Shown here: in pieces, positions 18,916-28,910 of the stretch
How the letters are laid out: each line of letters opens with the position of its first letter
Position numbering within the stretch: position 1 is the first letter of the stretch
NCBI GenBank assembly: GCA_034439575.1
Contig: JAWXAQ010000030.1
Span: forward strand, 160,001 to 224,000
DNA length: 64,000 nt
Reading direction: 5' to 3'
Origin: Leptospira sp.
Lineage (GTDB): Bacteria; Spirochaetota; Leptospiria; Leptospirales; Leptospiraceae
Notes under the pieces: generated by a model
Databases searched by the model: none
Seen by the model: the letters and a program-made list of their open reading frames with translations, nothing else
Told to the model about the DNA's origin: nothing
Translations under genes and position numbers: made by a program

Positions 18916-20361
18916 GTGACTTATTTCAAAAACCTCCCTTCTATCATTTGGCTTAGTTTTTTATTATTTTTCCTTTTACAAATTGGAAATTGGGGGCCTC
19001 TTTTTGACCAAGACGAAGCCGCGTACGCAGGATTCGCCAAACAGATGCTCAAAACTGGCGACTATTTCACACAACAATTTCCTTTTTCAGAGCCTCACAG
19101 AAAACCGCCCTTACATATTTGGTTCACAGCCCTATCATTTCATATTTTTGGAATCAATGAATTTGTTTTAAGAATTTTCCCTACATTATGGATCACTCTG
19201 ACTTGTGTATTTACCTACCTGATCACAAAACAGATATTTGATGAAAAGACTGCTCTCCGAAGTTTTTTCATATTAGCAACAACTCTATATTTCCCTTTAA
19301 ATGGAAAAATCTCTCTTGTGGATAGTTTGTTAACCTTTACTGAGACTTTAGGATTTTACGCATTGGTAATGTTAACTGCTCCAGATAAGAAAAAATCAAA
19401 TCTCTATATAGCCCTTTTTTGGTTTTCCATTTCCTTAGGAACCTTGGTGAAAGGACCGCCCATCTTAATTTATTTAGGTGGGATCTGTTTTGTTTTTTTA
19501 TTACATAAGAGAACTAGAAATTTAATTTTTGATCTCAAACCTTGGTTCTTTTTACCAATTGCCCTTTTACCACTTTTTCTCTGGGGTTACATTGCCTGGC
19601 AAAAAACAAATGGGGAACTCATTCGATGGATGATAGATTGGTATGTACTTCGTCGGGCTACAGATCCCGTATTTGGCCAGAGTGGACCTCCGGGTGTTTA
19701 TTTAGTTTTGTTTTTTATCACTTTGTTACCTTGGTCCATATATCTACCATTAGTTGGAAAGAAAATTTGGACGGAAACAAAAAACATTGTATTGTTTTAC
19801 AAGGGGAAGGTAGAATCAATTAACATAAATTACATGTTAATAGTATCAGGCCTTATCTTTGGTTGGGTATTTTATGAATTTATGTCAAGTAAGCTCCCAT
19901 CTTATCCTTTGGCCGCCTATCCCATACTTTCTCTTTTGATCGCGAATGCCTCATTATCGATTCAAAATCAGAAACTGTATCATTGGCTTACAAAAATTGC
20001 CATTCTACAATTTGTATTTGTAAATATTATTTTTTCTATATATTTCAATACTTTAAAAACTGACACCAAACGAATCGCAGGTGAATGGAACCAAATTCTT
20101 TCTGAAAATGATCATATCTATGCTGTTAAAAATTTTGGATTACCTAGTTTGCCATTTTATTTAAATGCTCAAATCATTGAATCTAAAGGCATAGAGTTTT
20201 CACATTCTTATAAAAAAGATTCCATACTCTTAATCGATGAGGAAAATTTTCAATTGCTTAATGCTCTCGGGATTAAAATGGATATGATCGCCACCAAACA
20301 AAAGATATGGGAATACGATAGAAATAAAAATATATTTTTAATGTTAGTGAAAATCAAATAA
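18916..20361 (+). CDS. ArnT/PMT-family (GT-C fold) membrane glycosyltransferase
   Basis: DQDEAAYA, RKPPL, LVKGP and KLPSY motifs; about 11 TM helices. Confidence 0.9.
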   Translation: MTYFKNLPSIIWLSFLLFFLLQIGNWGPLFDQDEAAYAGFAKQMLKTGDYFTQQFPFSEPHRKPPLHIWFTALSFHIFGINEFVLRIFPTLWITLTCVFTYLITKQIFDEKTALRSFFILATTLYFPLNGKISLVDSLLTFTETLGFYALVMLTAPDKKKSNLYIALFWFSISLGTLVKGPPILIYLGGICFVFLLHKRTRNLIFDLKPWFFLPIALLPLFLWGYIAWQKTNGELIRWMIDWYVLRRATDPVFGQSGPPGVYLVLFFITLLPWSIYLPLVGKKIWTETKNIVLFYKGKVESININYMLIVSGLIFGWVFYEFMSSKLPSYPLAAYPILSLLIANASLSIQNQKLYHWLTKIAILQFVFVNIIFSIYFNTLKTDTKRIAGEWNQILSENDHIYAVKNFGLPSLPFYLNAQIIESKGIEFSHSYKKDSILLIDEENFQLLNALGIKMDMIATKQKIWEYDRNKNIFLMLVKIK

Positions 20362-20394
20362 AGAAATTTAAATTTTATAAATGAAATTGATAGC

Positions 20395-20799
20395 CTAAGA
20401 CAAAAATCGATCTGTATAATTTGGGATGGAGATTAAACAAGAACTACGAGTGCCAAAAATGAAATATCGATACTTGGCTATTATTTGATAAAAAAAATCT
20501 CTAATCAATCGTGGAATGATTTTGAAAAAAAATAATAAGTAAAAAGGAAATTTTAGTTCTCTTGTGATTTGTAAAGCTGCATCTGATTTTGAATACAGAA
20601 TGCCATCTGATAAATACAGAACAGATTCCCTCTTATCTTTTAAGGTAGGAAAGTGTTCTTGGAAATAAACGGATTGTAAGGCCGCAAATTTAAGATTGTT
20701 TTTGGCATTTGTTCTAATGAGGAACTGCACAGTTCCCGAACACAAATTGCAATCTCCATCAAAGAAAACTATTTTCTCTTTTTCATTTGCGAGAAGCAT
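20395..20799 (-). CDS. DCC1-like thiol-disulfide oxidoreductase family protein
   Basis: FFDGDCNLC, FAALQS, IAKYRYFIFG. Confidence 0.92.
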   Translation of the reverse strand: MLLANEKEKIVFFDGDCNLCSGTVQFLIRTNAKNNLKFAALQSVYFQEHFPTLKDKRESVLYLSDGILYSKSDAALQITRELKFPFYLLFFFKIIPRLIRDFFYQIIAKYRYFIFGTRSSCLISIPNYTDRFLS

Positions 20800-20858
20800 C
20801 TAATTAAGTACTATGGCAATTGATTCAAATTTCGTCAGTCCAATTTTAAGAGGCATCT

Positions 20859-22805
20859 ATGTTTACCGAATTTATAGAAGATAATTTAGCAGAAAAAGAA
20901 AAAGCTATCTATGAAAAAATAGAGGCGAACAAAGAAAAGATTAAGAATCTCCTCCTAGAACCAAATTTAACTTTTGCTAATTTTTTGAAACCTTACCAAA
21001 CTATTCATACGGAACTCTCTGACCTTAGCACAGAAATCTCTCATTTAAATTCAGTAAAAAATAGCGAAGAATCACAAAAAATCTATGCTAACATTTTACC
21101 TAAACTAACAGAGTATTATACGGATTTAGGACAAAATCAAAATATTTTTGATGCACTTATTAAAATCGAAGAAAGCGACAAAAGTTTAAATTCAGAACAA
21201 AAAAAAGTCCTTCAAAATGAAATCAGAGATTTTCGATTGTCAGGTGTTGCCCTAGCTCAAGACAAAAAAGATAAATTTAAAGAAATTCGTATCCGCCTTT
21301 CCGATCTTTCCAATCAGTTTTCGCAAAACGTTCTGAATGCGACAAATTCTTTTGAATTGATACTTGATCCAAAAGATGTAGAAGGTATGCCCGAAGGAGA
21401 ACTTATTAGTGCCAAAATGGAGGATGGAAGATATAAGTTCACACTTCATTATCCAAGTTATATTTCTTATATGACCTATGGCCCAAACCGTGAGAAACGA
21501 GAGCTTCTTTATAAAGCATCTACCACAAAAGCACCCGAAAATGGGAAGATACTTGAAGAAATTTTGAAACTCAGAAAAGAGGAGGCGGAGATTCTAGGAT
21601 ACGAAACTTTTTCTCACCTAAGTCTTGCAACAAAAGTAGCAGAATCACCTAACCAAGTTTTGACGTTTCTAAGAAATCTAGCATCTAAAGCAAAACCGAT
21701 TGCAGAAAAAGAATATGTAAGCCTTGCAGAATTCGCCAAAAAAGAAGGAATCCTAGATCTTCAACCTCATGATGTGATCTACTTTAGTGAAAAGTTAAAG
21801 AAAAATCTATTTCAATATGAAGAAGAAAAATACCGCCCTTATTTGGAAAAAGAATCCGTAGTCAAAGGAATGTTTGTATTTTTAGAATCACTTCTAGGTA
21901 TAAAATTCATAGAAGTAAAAACGAGAGTATGGCATCCAACTGTACTCTGTTATGAGATCCAAATCAAAAATGAAATAAGGGCTCGCCTATATCTTGATTT
22001 AGAAGCAAGAAAAGAAAAAAAAGGGGGAGCCTGGATGCACAATTGGAAGCCTCATTTTTTTGATGAGAACGGAAAAGAAACCTTACCCATAGCATTTGTG
22101 ATTGGAAATTTTCCACAAAGTTCTAAAGAACAGGCATCACTTCTAAAGCCTTCAGATGTTGTCACATTATTCCATGAACTCGGACATGCACTTCATCATT
22201 TACTTTCCCGCGTTGGCGAAGCTTTTGTGAGTGGTGTGAATGGAGTCGAATGGGATGCAGTCGAGTTTCCTTCACAATTTTTAGAAAACTTTGTTTATGA
22301 ACCAAAAGTTTTATCTCTATTCGCCAAACATTACCGAACGGGTGAATCTATGCCGAAAGAATTTATTGAAACGATGGTAAATGCGAAAAATTTTCAATCA
22401 GCTCTTGGTGTTGTTCGGCAGTTAGAATTTGCCATTTTTGATATTTTGATTCACTTAAAAGCACCAAATGAATCAGAAGTTCAAAACATTTTAGATGAAG
22501 TCAGAAAAGAAGTGAGTGTGATTTTCCCACCAAATTACAATAAATTTCAAAATTCTTTTTCACATATTTTTTCTGGTGGTTATGCGGCTGGATATTATTC
22601 CTATAAATGGGCAGAGTTATTATCAGCAAATGCATTCTATTCTTTTGTAGATGAAGGTATTTTTTCTGCAACCTTGGCTGAAAAATTCAGAACTACCGTT
22701 TTAGAAAAAGGAGGTTCTGAATCTGCGATGATATTATTTAGAAACTTTTATGGCAAGGATCCGGAAATAGAAGCTTTATTACGATTAAATGGAATCGCCG
22801 CTTAA
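20859..22805 (+). CDS. prlC: Oligopeptidase A (M3 metallopeptidase)
   Basis: TLFHELGHALHH, VEWDAVEFPSQFLEN, FSHIFSGGYAAGYYSYKWAE. Confidence 0.93.
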   Translation: MFTEFIEDNLAEKEKAIYEKIEANKEKIKNLLLEPNLTFANFLKPYQTIHTELSDLSTEISHLNSVKNSEESQKIYANILPKLTEYYTDLGQNQNIFDALIKIEESDKSLNSEQKKVLQNEIRDFRLSGVALAQDKKDKFKEIRIRLSDLSNQFSQNVLNATNSFELILDPKDVEGMPEGELISAKMEDGRYKFTLHYPSYISYMTYGPNREKRELLYKASTTKAPENGKILEEILKLRKEEAEILGYETFSHLSLATKVAESPNQVLTFLRNLASKAKPIAEKEYVSLAEFAKKEGILDLQPHDVIYFSEKLKKNLFQYEEEKYRPYLEKESVVKGMFVFLESLLGIKFIEVKTRVWHPTVLCYEIQIKNEIRARLYLDLEARKEKKGGAWMHNWKPHFFDENGKETLPIAFVIGNFPQSSKEQASLLKPSDVVTLFHELGHALHHLLSRVGEAFVSGVNGVEWDAVEFPSQFLENFVYEPKVLSLFAKHYRTGESMPKEFIETMVNAKNFQSALGVVRQLEFAIFDILIHLKAPNESEVQNILDEVRKEVSVIFPPNYNKFQNSFSHIFSGGYAAGYYSYKWAELLSANAFYSFVDEGIFSATLAEKFRTTVLEKGGSESAMILFRNFYGKDPEIEALLRLNGIAA

Positions 22806-23333
22806 AACTTTAATCACTTCCGCATAATGTTCGGCTGATTCATTTGATTTTAGAAGCGCACGAGTTTTTCTCTCCGCGTCCAAGACATAAATATATGTGG
22901 AATGATCTATTAGAGATGGATCATTTGCTTTTTCAACATAGGCGGCATATTTTTTTACAATTAATGCCGTTGTACTTTCGTTAAATGAAAGTCCTGTCGC
23001 ATTGTCAGAATAAAAATCCACATATTTTTGAACTGTATTCGGATCATCACGAGAAGGATCTATAGAAATAAAAACTATTCTAAATTTCGATTCTTCACTT
23101 AACAATAACTTTGTTTTTTTTAGTTTTGAAAGAATATTTGGACAAAAATCTGGACATTGCGTATAACCAAAAAAAACGAGAATTACAGGTTCTTTAAAAT
23201 CTTTTAATGAAATCATTTTTCCTGACTTATCGGAATAACTGAAGTCCCCACCAATTGGTAATGGGCTAAGATCCAATTTTGATTGGCAAGATAGCGCTAA
23301 AAGTATGGAAAATAGAATTAATATAAACTTCAT
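22785..23333 (-). CDS. SCO1/SenC copper-binding lipoprotein
   Basis: FGYTQCPDFCP (CxxxC), ISIDPSRD, IDHST; lipobox. Confidence 0.95.
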   Translation of the reverse strand: MKFILILFSILLALSCQSKLDLSPLPIGGDFSYSDKSGKMISLKDFKEPVILVFFGYTQCPDFCPNILSKLKKTKLLLSEESKFRIVFISIDPSRDDPNTVQKYVDFYSDNATGLSFNESTTALIVKKYAAYVEKANDPSLIDHSTYIYVLDAERKTRALLKSNESAEHYAEVIKVLSGDSI

Positions 23334-23818
23334 TTAACTACCTTCGCTGTGATCTGAGTTTTAGTTTCATTAGAATAAATAAACAGAATCTGAAGCAAGT
23401 CCCCTTCTTTCAATTTTCGATTTTTTCCGATTAACATTAAATGATCCCCATTGGGTACAAAGTGAATCTCTTTGTTTTTGACAAGTGAAATGGGAAGATT
23501 CTTTTTTCTCATTCGCATAATACCCTTTTCATCTATAACGGTTTGGTGCCATTCTACTTGGTCATAACCTTCGCATTCTATTTTTGACAAGGCAGATTGG
23601 TGCGGAAGGAAACTTCCATAAGCAACCGAGGTTTTGGCATTGTCAGGTGCCAAACGAACCGTAAACATTGTTTGGTTTTTGATAAGATCCCCATTCTCAC
23701 TTTTACACGAAAATGACAAAATGAGTTGAAAAAGAATCAGAATTGCCAAATTTGTAATATTTATCTTTCGAGAAACGAGTAACATCATGAAACTAATTGG
23801 AAAATGGCTCGTCGCCAT
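23330..23818 (-). CDS. PCu(A)C copper chaperone (start uncertain, probably downstream)
   Basis: H..M..HxM motif (WHQT...IMRM...PNGDHLML); coupled to the SCO gene. Confidence 0.85.
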   Translation of the reverse strand: MATSHFPISFMMLLVSRKINITNLAILILFQLILSFSCKSENGDLIKNQTMFTVRLAPDNAKTSVAYGSFLPHQSALSKIECEGYDQVEWHQTVIDEKGIMRMRKKNLPISLVKNKEIHFVPNGDHLMLIGKNRKLKEGDLLQILFIYSNETKTQITAKVVK

Positions 23819-24812
23819 TCTGCTTATCCTTACCGCTTTCCTAGTCTCTACCTACAAATGGCAGATTCCAGAATATACTTATGACCAAAGTGAAACCTTT
23901 GCGAATTTTGACGAGTACTACCAAAAAGAATTGGAGATTAGTAAAAAGGAACAAACTCGTCCCGACAACGAAGAGAAATTAGTTCGCTATAGCGATGAAA
24001 AAACCCCACTTGCGATTTTGTATGTGCATGGATTTGGAGCGAGTCGTGTGGAAGGGGAAGATATGATCAACCAAGTGGCTGAAACCTTTCAATCAAATTT
24101 ATATTATGTAAGACTTCCAGGTCACGGCACAAATGTGGAAGATCATAAAAATACTCAATTTCCAAAATACTTACAAGATGCTGAGACTGCTTTACTCATG
24201 TCGACTCAGTTAGGTGAAAAAGTAGTTTTAGTCGGCACAAGTATGGGCGGGCTTATCTCAACATATTTAGCCGCCAAACATCCAGACAAAGTAGCGGCAG
24301 TTATACTTGCTTCTCCTTTTTATGATTTTACCACTGCGGATTCAAATGTATTTCGTTTTTCATGGGGTGTATCCTTTATACACATGTTACTCGGAGAAAT
24401 TCGGAAATCTGCAGAACAAGATTCAAAAAATGAATCTTACAACTACTGGTATAGAAACCAATACTATGATGCGATTCAACATATTATGAATTTAAAACGA
24501 TTTATAGAAAAGGAAGATTCACTTTCAAAAATTGAAGATCCTATACTAATGTTTTATTTTTACAAATCCGAAGCCATCCAAGACAGATCTGCATCCGTGA
24601 AAGCGATGTTAACTTCTTTTGATAAAATCCAACATAATGGAAAAGCAAGCCCATTGAATCGGGCCGTCAAAGTAGAAGAAGGTGATCATGTTTTGTTTTC
24701 TAGATTTGCCAAAGTAGACAAACCTTTACTTTATAAAGAAATGGTAGACTTTATCACAAAAACTACGGGCGTGGAACCAGCTAAGCCTTCTTCAAAGAAA
24801 GTCAAAAGATAA
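23787..24812 (+). CDS. Alpha/beta hydrolase (esterase/lysophospholipase-like)
   Basis: HGF, LPGHG, nucleophile elbow GTSMG, D and H candidates; N-terminal anchor. Confidence 0.9.
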   Translation: MKLIGKWLVAILLILTAFLVSTYKWQIPEYTYDQSETFANFDEYYQKELEISKKEQTRPDNEEKLVRYSDEKTPLAILYVHGFGASRVEGEDMINQVAETFQSNLYYVRLPGHGTNVEDHKNTQFPKYLQDAETALLMSTQLGEKVVLVGTSMGGLISTYLAAKHPDKVAAVILASPFYDFTTADSNVFRFSWGVSFIHMLLGEIRKSAEQDSKNESYNYWYRNQYYDAIQHIMNLKRFIEKEDSLSKIEDPILMFYFYKSEAIQDRSASVKAMLTSFDKIQHNGKASPLNRAVKVEEGDHVLFSRFAKVDKPLLYKEMVDFITKTTGVEPAKPSSKKVKR

Positions 24813-26732
24813 GAGAATAGATTCGTAAAGTTCATCAATGGATATTGGTTTGGAACGAACCAATATCCTTTCTCCTTCCAAAGCCTCAGCATCCAAACCG
24901 TCAGCATTGCCCGTATATAAGACCGAAACCAATAGAGGATTTTTTGCTTTTAGTTTTCTAAGGAGAGTCAAACCATTGATATCCTTCATTCGATAATCAG
25001 ACAAAACAAAATCAGGGGCTTTCGTATTTACCGCCTCCAATGCATCAGGCGATGATTCAAATAAAATTGGTTTGATATTTTTCATAGATAACACAAGTGC
25101 CAATGAATCACGAGAAGGTTCATCATCTTCAACAATCCAAAATATTTTACCTTCTAATTTTTTCCAAACATCCTCTCTCTTTAAGTTCAGATCCGATACA
25201 TAATTTATCTCTTTATCATTCACATGTTTCGTAAGAGGTAATAAAATACGAATCACAACGATATGGTCGTTTATTTTTTCAATCTGACATTCGCCTTGCC
25301 AATTTCTGATGTATCTGTGAATCAATTGCAATCCTGCCCATCTTGATTCATCTTCTTCAAATATGGAACTTTGTAATTCCAGAAAGCTAGTAAATGAATC
25401 TGCATCAATTCCATTTAATTCTATGGATGTTATGATTCGTGATGAATGCTCATCCTCTTTTGATTCCAAAGATGTGGAAACTTTCACCAAACAATCTTTA
25501 GCTTTATCCCATGAGAAGATTGTGCCTGAAATGATTTCTCCGATAATTTTTGAAATGCGAACAGGATCGACTTTTGCCCATAATAAATTTTCTTCAGATA
25601 ACGAAAATTGAAGGTCAACAAATTTTGGTGCTTCCGCGACTAAAATCGGAATACTCGATTGAATGATCGCAGAAATATCAACGATAGAAATCACTTCGGA
25701 TTCGTTGATTTTTGAGAACCTCAATATTTTATGAATCATGGAACGTGCGCTACTTGCCGCTTGTGCAATTTTGTAAAAGTAATCTTTTAATTTATCTTTT
25801 TGAAATTCTTTTGTTTCTTCTAATAATAAATTTTCTTGGCCTAATTGGGAAAAAACATGAATCGGTTGGAGATAATTATTTAAGTCATGTGCTAAGTTCG
25901 CCGCAAGATTTCCTATTGTTTCCATTTTTTGTGAATGGAGTAAATAGGATTCAATTTGTTTTTTTTCAGTTAAGTCATCAAGGATGACATAATAAAAATC
26001 TGGTTTGCCTTTCGAATTTTTAAATATATTAGTTCTTTTGTAGATATTAATTTTACGACCATCCTTTCTAGTTAGAGTAGCTTCTCCGATTTCCAAACCA
26101 TCATCTACGATTTTAAAATATGCCAATTGGTCAGAAGAAAGATGCTCTCCTTTAACGCGCATTAAATTCATATTTGTCAATTCCGCTATCGTATAACCTG
26201 TGATTTCGGTAAATCTATCATTGATACGAAAGTATCCACCTTCCCAATCTTGCAATGCCATTCCGATGGAAGCATTTTCAAATAAACCAAGAAACAAACG
26301 CATTTGTTCCTGCACATTTTCTTCGGTTACTTTTTCATTTGTCACATCACCGACAAATCCTATCACAAGTGGGCTAGGAGAAATGTTTGGTATACTAACA
26401 ATTCGTTCATTGAAATGGAACCATTGGAGGTGCGAACGATTAGGAAATTGAAAACGCAAATTCAATTCCCTTTGTTGGTTTAAATGCAAATTGGAAACGA
26501 GACGAATTTCATCCTCGAAATATTTGCGATCCAATGGATGAACAAAGGGAATTAGATCTTCGAGACAAGTTTGTGAATTTATATTTCCGCGAAAAAATTC
26601 ATTCGCAATGTATGGATTGGTATATAGAAATTTATGGGTTTTAGCATCGAAGAGATACACTCCCCCCGAACATACTTGGGGTAGGAGTTCAAAGAATTCC
26701 ATCATTCCGCTTGCTTCCAGGTTCAACTGCAT
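24792..26732 (-). CDS. PAS-PAS-HisKA-(degenerate HATPase)-receiver hybrid protein
   Basis: VHPLD PAS; SQKMETIGNLAANLAHDLNN H-box; receiver VEDD...SDYRM...YTG...KP; ATP-binding boxes eroded. Confidence 0.88.
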   Translation of the reverse strand: MQLNLEASGMMEFFELLPQVCSGGVYLFDAKTHKFLYTNPYIANEFFRGNINSQTCLEDLIPFVHPLDRKYFEDEIRLVSNLHLNQQRELNLRFQFPNRSHLQWFHFNERIVSIPNISPSPLVIGFVGDVTNEKVTEENVQEQMRLFLGLFENASIGMALQDWEGGYFRINDRFTEITGYTIAELTNMNLMRVKGEHLSSDQLAYFKIVDDGLEIGEATLTRKDGRKINIYKRTNIFKNSKGKPDFYYVILDDLTEKKQIESYLLHSQKMETIGNLAANLAHDLNNYLQPIHVFSQLGQENLLLEETKEFQKDKLKDYFYKIAQAASSARSMIHKILRFSKINESEVISIVDISAIIQSSIPILVAEAPKFVDLQFSLSEENLLWAKVDPVRISKIIGEIISGTIFSWDKAKDCLVKVSTSLESKEDEHSSRIITSIELNGIDADSFTSFLELQSSIFEEDESRWAGLQLIHRYIRNWQGECQIEKINDHIVVIRILLPLTKHVNDKEINYVSDLNLKREDVWKKLEGKIFWIVEDDEPSRDSLALVLSMKNIKPILFESSPDALEAVNTKAPDFVLSDYRMKDINGLTLLRKLKAKNPLLVSVLYTGNADGLDAEALEGERILVRSKPISIDELYESILLSFDFL

Positions 26733-26756
26733 ATTTCTTGTACCAAAGAGGAAAAT

Positions 26757-27020
26757 ATGATCCAGATTCCTATCACACTCATTCCACCGCTTGCTTTTTT
26801 CAATTTAGGTCCATGGGAAATTGCCCTAATCGTTTTTTTGGCTCTGCTTTTTTTTGGAGGCAAACGCCTTCCTTCCCTTGCCAAAGATTTAGGTTCAGGG
26901 ATCAAAGAATTTCGGAAATCGCTAATGGGTGCACCCGAAGAAGAAACATCACAAACGATTCCCCAAAATGATCCCATCGTGCAAAAAGAAGCTCCCAAAG
27001 CCAAAAAAAAGAAAGTTTAA
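26757..27020 (+). CDS. tatA: Twin-arginine translocase TatA/E
   Basis: LGPWEIALIVFLALLFFGGKRLPSLAKDLGSGIKEFRK. Confidence 0.96.
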   Translation: MIQIPITLIPPLAFFNLGPWEIALIVFLALLFFGGKRLPSLAKDLGSGIKEFRKSLMGAPEEETSQTIPQNDPIVQKEAPKAKKKKV

Positions 27021-27029
27021 TTTTTAGCA

Positions 27030-27806
27030 TTGGCACGCGCAGTCAAACAACCGAAACTTCTCCCTCCTGAAAATTCAGAAACTCGGGAAAAATTTATGAC
27101 CCTTGGCGAACACTTAGAAGAGCTTCGCCAGAGGCTTATCTATTCGATACTGGTTGTTTTTTCTTTTATGGTGGTCACTCTATACTTTGGGAGCGAAATC
27201 CATTCTATCTTAATCACTCCCTACCGTAACGTCCTTGGACCTGAGGCTCACTTCTTTCAAATCCAACTGATGGCACCGTTTTTGATTTATCTCAAAACGT
27301 CCCTACTCTTATCTGTGTTAGTTGCCCTTCCTATTCTCTTATACATTTTATGGGGATTCATAGTACCTGCAGTTGATAAAAAGACGGAGAAGTGGGGAAA
27401 GTTTATCATTTTATTTTCAACTTTGCTTTTTTGGTCTGGGCTCGCCTTATGTTGGTTCACTGTTTTCGAAAGTTTTTTGCGAGTATTTTTAGTTGTTCTT
27501 AGGCCAGAAGGCATTGATCCTTATTTGCCTATAGATGAATATTATGATTTATTCTTTAACTTACATTTGGTGTTTGGTGCTTCTTTTCAATTACCAATCG
27601 TATTAATTTTACTAGGTAGGCTCGGCGTTTTATCATCAAAATTTTTGATTGCAAGGTGGCGGGAAAGTGTTCTCATCATCGCTGTGGTTTCAGCAGTTTT
27701 ATCTCCAGGGCCAGATGTCTTTTCGATGATGATGTTACTTCTCCCACTTACATTTTTATTTTTTCTCTCTGCTGTGATAATGTTTTTAATGGAAAAGGCA
27801 GACTAA
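27030..27806 (+). CDS. tatC: Twin-arginine translocase TatC
   Basis: MTLGEHLEELRQRL, WGFIVPA, FQLP, SPGPD; six TM; follows tatA. Confidence 0.96.
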   Translation: MARAVKQPKLLPPENSETREKFMTLGEHLEELRQRLIYSILVVFSFMVVTLYFGSEIHSILITPYRNVLGPEAHFFQIQLMAPFLIYLKTSLLLSVLVALPILLYILWGFIVPAVDKKTEKWGKFIILFSTLLFWSGLALCWFTVFESFLRVFLVVLRPEGIDPYLPIDEYYDLFFNLHLVFGASFQLPIVLILLGRLGVLSSKFLIARWRESVLIIAVVSAVLSPGPDVFSMMMLLLPLTFLFFLSAVIMFLMEKAD

Positions 27807-28907
27807 GTGAAAATTCAAAACCTACGTCTGCGAGTCAAAATACCTATACTCATTGGATTACTCTCCTTTATTTTATTTTTGTTACATTTTTTGATTACCG
27901 AATTTGCCTTTAAACATTTCCAGAACCCTGCTGGGAAAAATCCAATGTCTTTGAAAATGATAGGATTGTATTTATCATTCGCATTTACGGGAATACTTTC
28001 TGGATTCACCTATTTTGTATTAGGTTACATTTATCAAATTTTCAATCGTGCGGCAGCAGAAATTCAAGATTTGGAAAATGAAAGTTTAGGTGATGACGGC
28101 TCGGAAGAATCCGATTTTTTAAGAAAACTAAAACTCTCCTTATTTCAGGCTCAAAATTCCACTTCTTTTCAAGTCGAAGCGACAAAAGGTCAATGGGAAG
28201 AAAGTAGATCCCTTTTAATTAATAAACTTATGCCTGATATGAATCTGCATAAAATTCAAGGTTGGGATGTGGCAATTTTTCCCAGTATGATACGCAGTGC
28301 CAATTGTGACTATATTCACATTATCCAAACTAGCGACGGTTTTGTGGGTGTATTGGCAGGCTTTGTGGAAACAGGCATTACGGAATCTGCCCAAAAATTA
28401 TTTATACACGGACTCTTTAGTGCATTCAAAGAATCTGATAAATCGACAAAAGATCTTATGGAAAATATTGAATCTTCCCTTCATGCCTTAACATTAACTG
28501 GCCTAAAGTTGAGCTTATTCGGATTAGGTGAGGAAAGAGATAAGCTACAATTTTTACATTTTATGGACATGCCTATTTTCCAATTTTCTTCGCATGGTAT
28601 CCAGGTCATCGAAGGATCTGGTGATGATTCATGGCATGCTCTGCACCCGCATGAATTTTCGATCGCAGACGGTATCGAGGTTGGCGATTATTTAGTATGG
28701 GGTACAGACAGAGCTTTGAAAGAGTTCAGTTTAACATCCTTTGAAATCATGGAAGAATTTGTAGATTATTTGTTGGACCTTAGCCCGAAATCTTCTCGTG
28801 AGATGTTACTTGCCATTGCAAAAAAATTATCCATGATGGGTAAAGAAAAACATTTAATCAATCCACTTGATAATTTAAGTATTATCGTCGTTAAACGAAC
28901 AAAATAA
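27807..28907 (+). CDS. rktP: Leptospira Tat-linked RsbU/SpoIIE-like protein (RktP-type)
   Basis: Two TM then a divergent PP2C-like domain (GDYLVWGTD, DNLSIIVVK); abuts tatC, the position described for RktP (name from recall). Confidence 0.8.
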   Translation: MKIQNLRLRVKIPILIGLLSFILFLLHFLITEFAFKHFQNPAGKNPMSLKMIGLYLSFAFTGILSGFTYFVLGYIYQIFNRAAAEIQDLENESLGDDGSEESDFLRKLKLSLFQAQNSTSFQVEATKGQWEESRSLLINKLMPDMNLHKIQGWDVAIFPSMIRSANCDYIHIIQTSDGFVGVLAGFVETGITESAQKLFIHGLFSAFKESDKSTKDLMENIESSLHALTLTGLKLSLFGLGEERDKLQFLHFMDMPIFQFSSHGIQVIEGSGDDSWHALHPHEFSIADGIEVGDYLVWGTDRALKEFSLTSFEIMEEFVDYLLDLSPKSSREMLLAIAKKLSMMGKEKHLINPLDNLSIIVVKRTK

Positions 28908-28910
28908 TTT

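Noticed and set aside
26703-26798. Short imperfect repeat TCATTCC(ACC)GCTTGCTT near the tatA and kinase starts
   Set aside because: Two short copies, both within coding sequence; cannot be distinguished from chance.
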